From an uncultured Clostridia bacterium (GTDB taxonomy: Bacteria > Bacillota > Clostridia > Christensenellales > UBA1242), in NCBI GenBank assembly GCA_947589025.1, contig CANQAY010000001.1:23419-87418 (forward strand): a DNA stretch of 64,000 bases. The letters run 5' to 3'. Positions 61,988 to 64,000 of this stretch are shown in pieces. The notes beneath the pieces were generated by a model. It made no database searches. It saw only the letters and a list, made by a program, of their open reading frames with translations, and had not been told where the DNA came from. Both the position numbers and the translations under genes were made by a program. Positions within the stretch are counted from its first letter, which is position 1; the number at the start of each line of letters is the position of its first letter.

Positions 61988-63070
61988 ATGGAAAACAAAA
62001 TTGTTAAAGAAAAAGCTTATTTGGTTTGCCCATATGTGGACATGGCAGAGCAAGAATATAGAAGCAAAGAATTAGAATTATTGGCAACCTCGGCACTTTT
62101 GGATGTTGTTAAGTGCAATGTTTTTTTAGTTAAAGAAGTTAACGCTCGCACATATTTTGGCATTGGCAAAGTGGAACAAATTAGGGATGAAGTGGCAGAA
62201 CTTAATGCAGATGTGGTTATTTTTGATTGCCCACTAACTGGCAGCCAACTTAGAAATTTAAATGAAATTATTGGCATTAAAACAATAGATAGAACAATGC
62301 TTATATTGGATATTTTTGCTGGCCGTGCAAAATCGGGCGAAGGCAAATTGCAAGTGCAGCTTGCACAACTTAAATACACTTTGCCACGGCTTAACATTAT
62401 GAATGCCAATAACAACCGCAGTTCAACCGGCGTTGGCATGCGCGGGGCAAGCGAAACTAAACTTGAATTGGACAAACGCAAAATTCAAGAGGACATTGCT
62501 AAACTGGAAAAAGAAATTAAAGAGATTGAAAAACACCGCCAAACCACCCGCAAACAGCGTTTAACACGCACAAAAAGCGTTGCGTTGGTGGGCTACACCA
62601 ATGCGGGCAAATCAACCCTTATGAATGCCATTGCCAAGGCGGGCACTTATGCGGATGATAGGTTGTTTGCCACCCTTGATGTGCTTACAAAAAAGGTGTG
62701 GGATAACGGCATTGAATATGTGCTTATTGATACAGTTGGCTTTGTGAGGAACCTGCCGCATGAACTTATGTATGCCTTTTCTGCCACATTGGAAGAAACT
62801 TTGGATGCCACCGTGCTTTTAATGGTGGTGGATGCGGCCGACCCACATAAGTATGAGCAGATTGAAGTTGTGGAGCGCGAATTTAAACGCCTTAACATTG
62901 ACCCTAACAAAGTTATTTTGGTTTATAATAAAATAGACGAATTGAATAATGACGAAATTAAACAGCTAAAATCATACCCATATGATTGTTGTTATATAGG
63001 CGCAAAAACACAAAAAAATATTATTCAATTAAAACAAATGATTGTTGAAAAATTAAAACAATTTAGCTAA
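61988..63070 (+). CDS. hflX: GTPase HflX
   Basis: 360 aa with an HflX N-terminal domain (FDCPLTGSQLRNLNEIIGIKTIDRTMLILDIFA), G1 GYTNAGKSTL and G3 DTVGF. Confidence 0.9.
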   Translation: MENKIVKEKAYLVCPYVDMAEQEYRSKELELLATSALLDVVKCNVFLVKEVNARTYFGIGKVEQIRDEVAELNADVVIFDCPLTGSQLRNLNEIIGIKTIDRTMLILDIFAGRAKSGEGKLQVQLAQLKYTLPRLNIMNANNNRSSTGVGMRGASETKLELDKRKIQEDIAKLEKEIKEIEKHRQTTRKQRLTRTKSVALVGYTNAGKSTLMNAIAKAGTYADDRLFATLDVLTKKVWDNGIEYVLIDTVGFVRNLPHELMYAFSATLEETLDATVLLMVVDAADPHKYEQIEVVEREFKRLNIDPNKVILVYNKIDELNNDEIKQLKSYPYDCCYIGAKTQKNIIQLKQMIVEKLKQFS

Positions 63071-63228
63071 ATTTTTGTAAAAAACGCAAAAAAACTTAAA
63101 AAATCGTTAAATTTTATTAATTTTGTAAAATTTTTTAATATTTTAACTAAAAAGCAAGAAAAACCTTGAATATTAAATTTAACCTTAAAATTTGTTTTAA
63201 ATGTTAACCAAAAATTTAATATTTTAGT

Positions 63229-63834
63229 TTGGTGAATATAAGGAAATATCAACCAAAAGATTTTTATTCGGTTAGAAAAATATGCATGGACACTGCAAAC
63301 AAAAATTTTCAATCTGCCAAGCGGCGCGAATTTGTTGCCACATTGTTTGTAGATTATTATTTGCAATGGGAAGCTGAAAATGTTTTTGTGGCGGAAGAAA
63401 ATGACAAAGTTGTTGGCTATGTAGTGTGCTCAACAAACAAAACATTGTTTAATCAAAAGATGAAGGAAATTTATTTGCCAAAAATTAAAAAAATTTCCTT
63501 CTTTTTTTGGGTGTTTGCAAAAATTTGTGTTAAAACTTCTTGGCAGCTGGATAGCAAACTAAATTCGGGAGGGTTTCATTTAAATGTAAGCAAAAATTTT
63601 CAAGGCAAAAAAATTGGGCCTAAGCTTCTTAATAGCTTAGGGCAGCACTTAATTAATGAGGGCTACAACTATATGTATTTAATAACCGCCAACAAAAAAA
63701 CGCGTGGCTATGGCTTTTACACCCACCTTGGTTTTAAGCAATTTAAAAAGTGTTTGGGCAATTCAATTGCGCTTTGCTTTAACCTAAAAGATGTTAACAA
63801 CCAACTAGCCAAATATAGCAATGTAAATTTGTAA
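63229..63834 (+). CDS. GNAT-family N-acetyltransferase
   Basis: 201 aa with a TTG or adjacent GTG start. It has an IRKYQPKDFYSVRKI opening and an acetyl-CoA pocket-like Q.KKIG..LL segment. Confidence 0.65.
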   Translation: MVNIRKYQPKDFYSVRKICMDTANKNFQSAKRREFVATLFVDYYLQWEAENVFVAEENDKVVGYVVCSTNKTLFNQKMKEIYLPKIKKISFFFWVFAKICVKTSWQLDSKLNSGGFHLNVSKNFQGKKIGPKLLNSLGQHLINEGYNYMYLITANKKTRGYGFYTHLGFKQFKKCLGNSIALCFNLKDVNNQLAKYSNVNL

Positions 63835-63940
63835 CATTTTTTTATTTTTGGCGTAGTATGTAGTATACAAAAGAAGTTTTAAGGTACCAATGAAAAACTT
63901 TTGTAAATACATACAATTTTTAAATACTTTAGGAGGAAAT

Positions 63941-64000
63941 ATGTTTAACAATTTCTTTGGTGGCAACGATTGTGGTTGCGGTAACACCAACACTGGCAGC
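63941..64000 (+). CDS. 5' end of an ORF running off the window (MFNNFFGGNDCGCGNTNTGS...)
   Basis: A strong RBS (aggagg) lies 5 nt upstream of ATG 63941. Only 20 codons are visible, so function is unknown. Confidence 0.4.
   Translation, partial: MFNNFFGGNDCGCGNTNTGS

Overview
This window is an A/T-rich bacterial chromosome segment using the standard genetic code, with GGAGG-type ribosome-binding sites and many rho-independent terminators. The gene content points to a spore-forming, gut-associated Firmicute (Clostridia-like): yabP-yabQ, sigH, a DUF1540 protein, a BclA-like collagen protein and a choloylglycine (bile-salt) hydrolase.

The conserved backbone consists of:
- queH-alr
- glyQS with a glycine T-box
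- rplI
- leuS
- addB-addA
- mrnC-rlmB-sigH-dnaX-ybaB-recR
- secA
- iscR-nifS-nifU
- rubrerythrin
- an MBL hydrolase and hflX
- four tRNA genes: Asn-GTT, Ser-GCT, Ala-TGC, Ile-GAT

The accessory or unusual content is:
1. A 3,562-aa lipoprotein with two GLUG-like repeat arrays.
2. A membrane-anchored coiled-coil protein carrying 11 AT-hook (RGRPKK) motifs, sitting behind a 330-bp almost pure A/T tract.
3. A tandem duplication of the tRNA-Asn 3' end plus its terminator.
4. An orphan 1,018-aa membrane protein.
5. A glycine T-box that overlaps the end of that orphan ORF. About 500 bp of REP-like and 39-bp tandem repeats separate it from glyQS, and glyQS has its own promoter.
6. A 2.9-kb A/T-rich islet at tRNA-Ser, bounded by a 16-bp direct repeat. 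It carries a 497-aa protein with a PD-(D/E)xK-like motif and an intact IS3-family element.
7. A 5.9-kb island at tRNA-Ile, bounded by 58-bp direct repeats. It carries a decayed tyrosine integrase, an SGNH-hydrolase protein, a beta-helix protein and a decayed phage-type gene.
8. Seven genes where a consensus promoter sits 6-7 nt upstream of an ATG with no Shine-Dalgarno site, suggesting leaderless mRNAs.

I see no CRISPR array, rRNA gene or complete prophage. The best candidates for something undescribed are the tRNA-Ser islet nuclease-like gene, the multi-AT-hook membrane protein and the decoupled T-box. All family calls come from motif recognition by eye, not from database searches.
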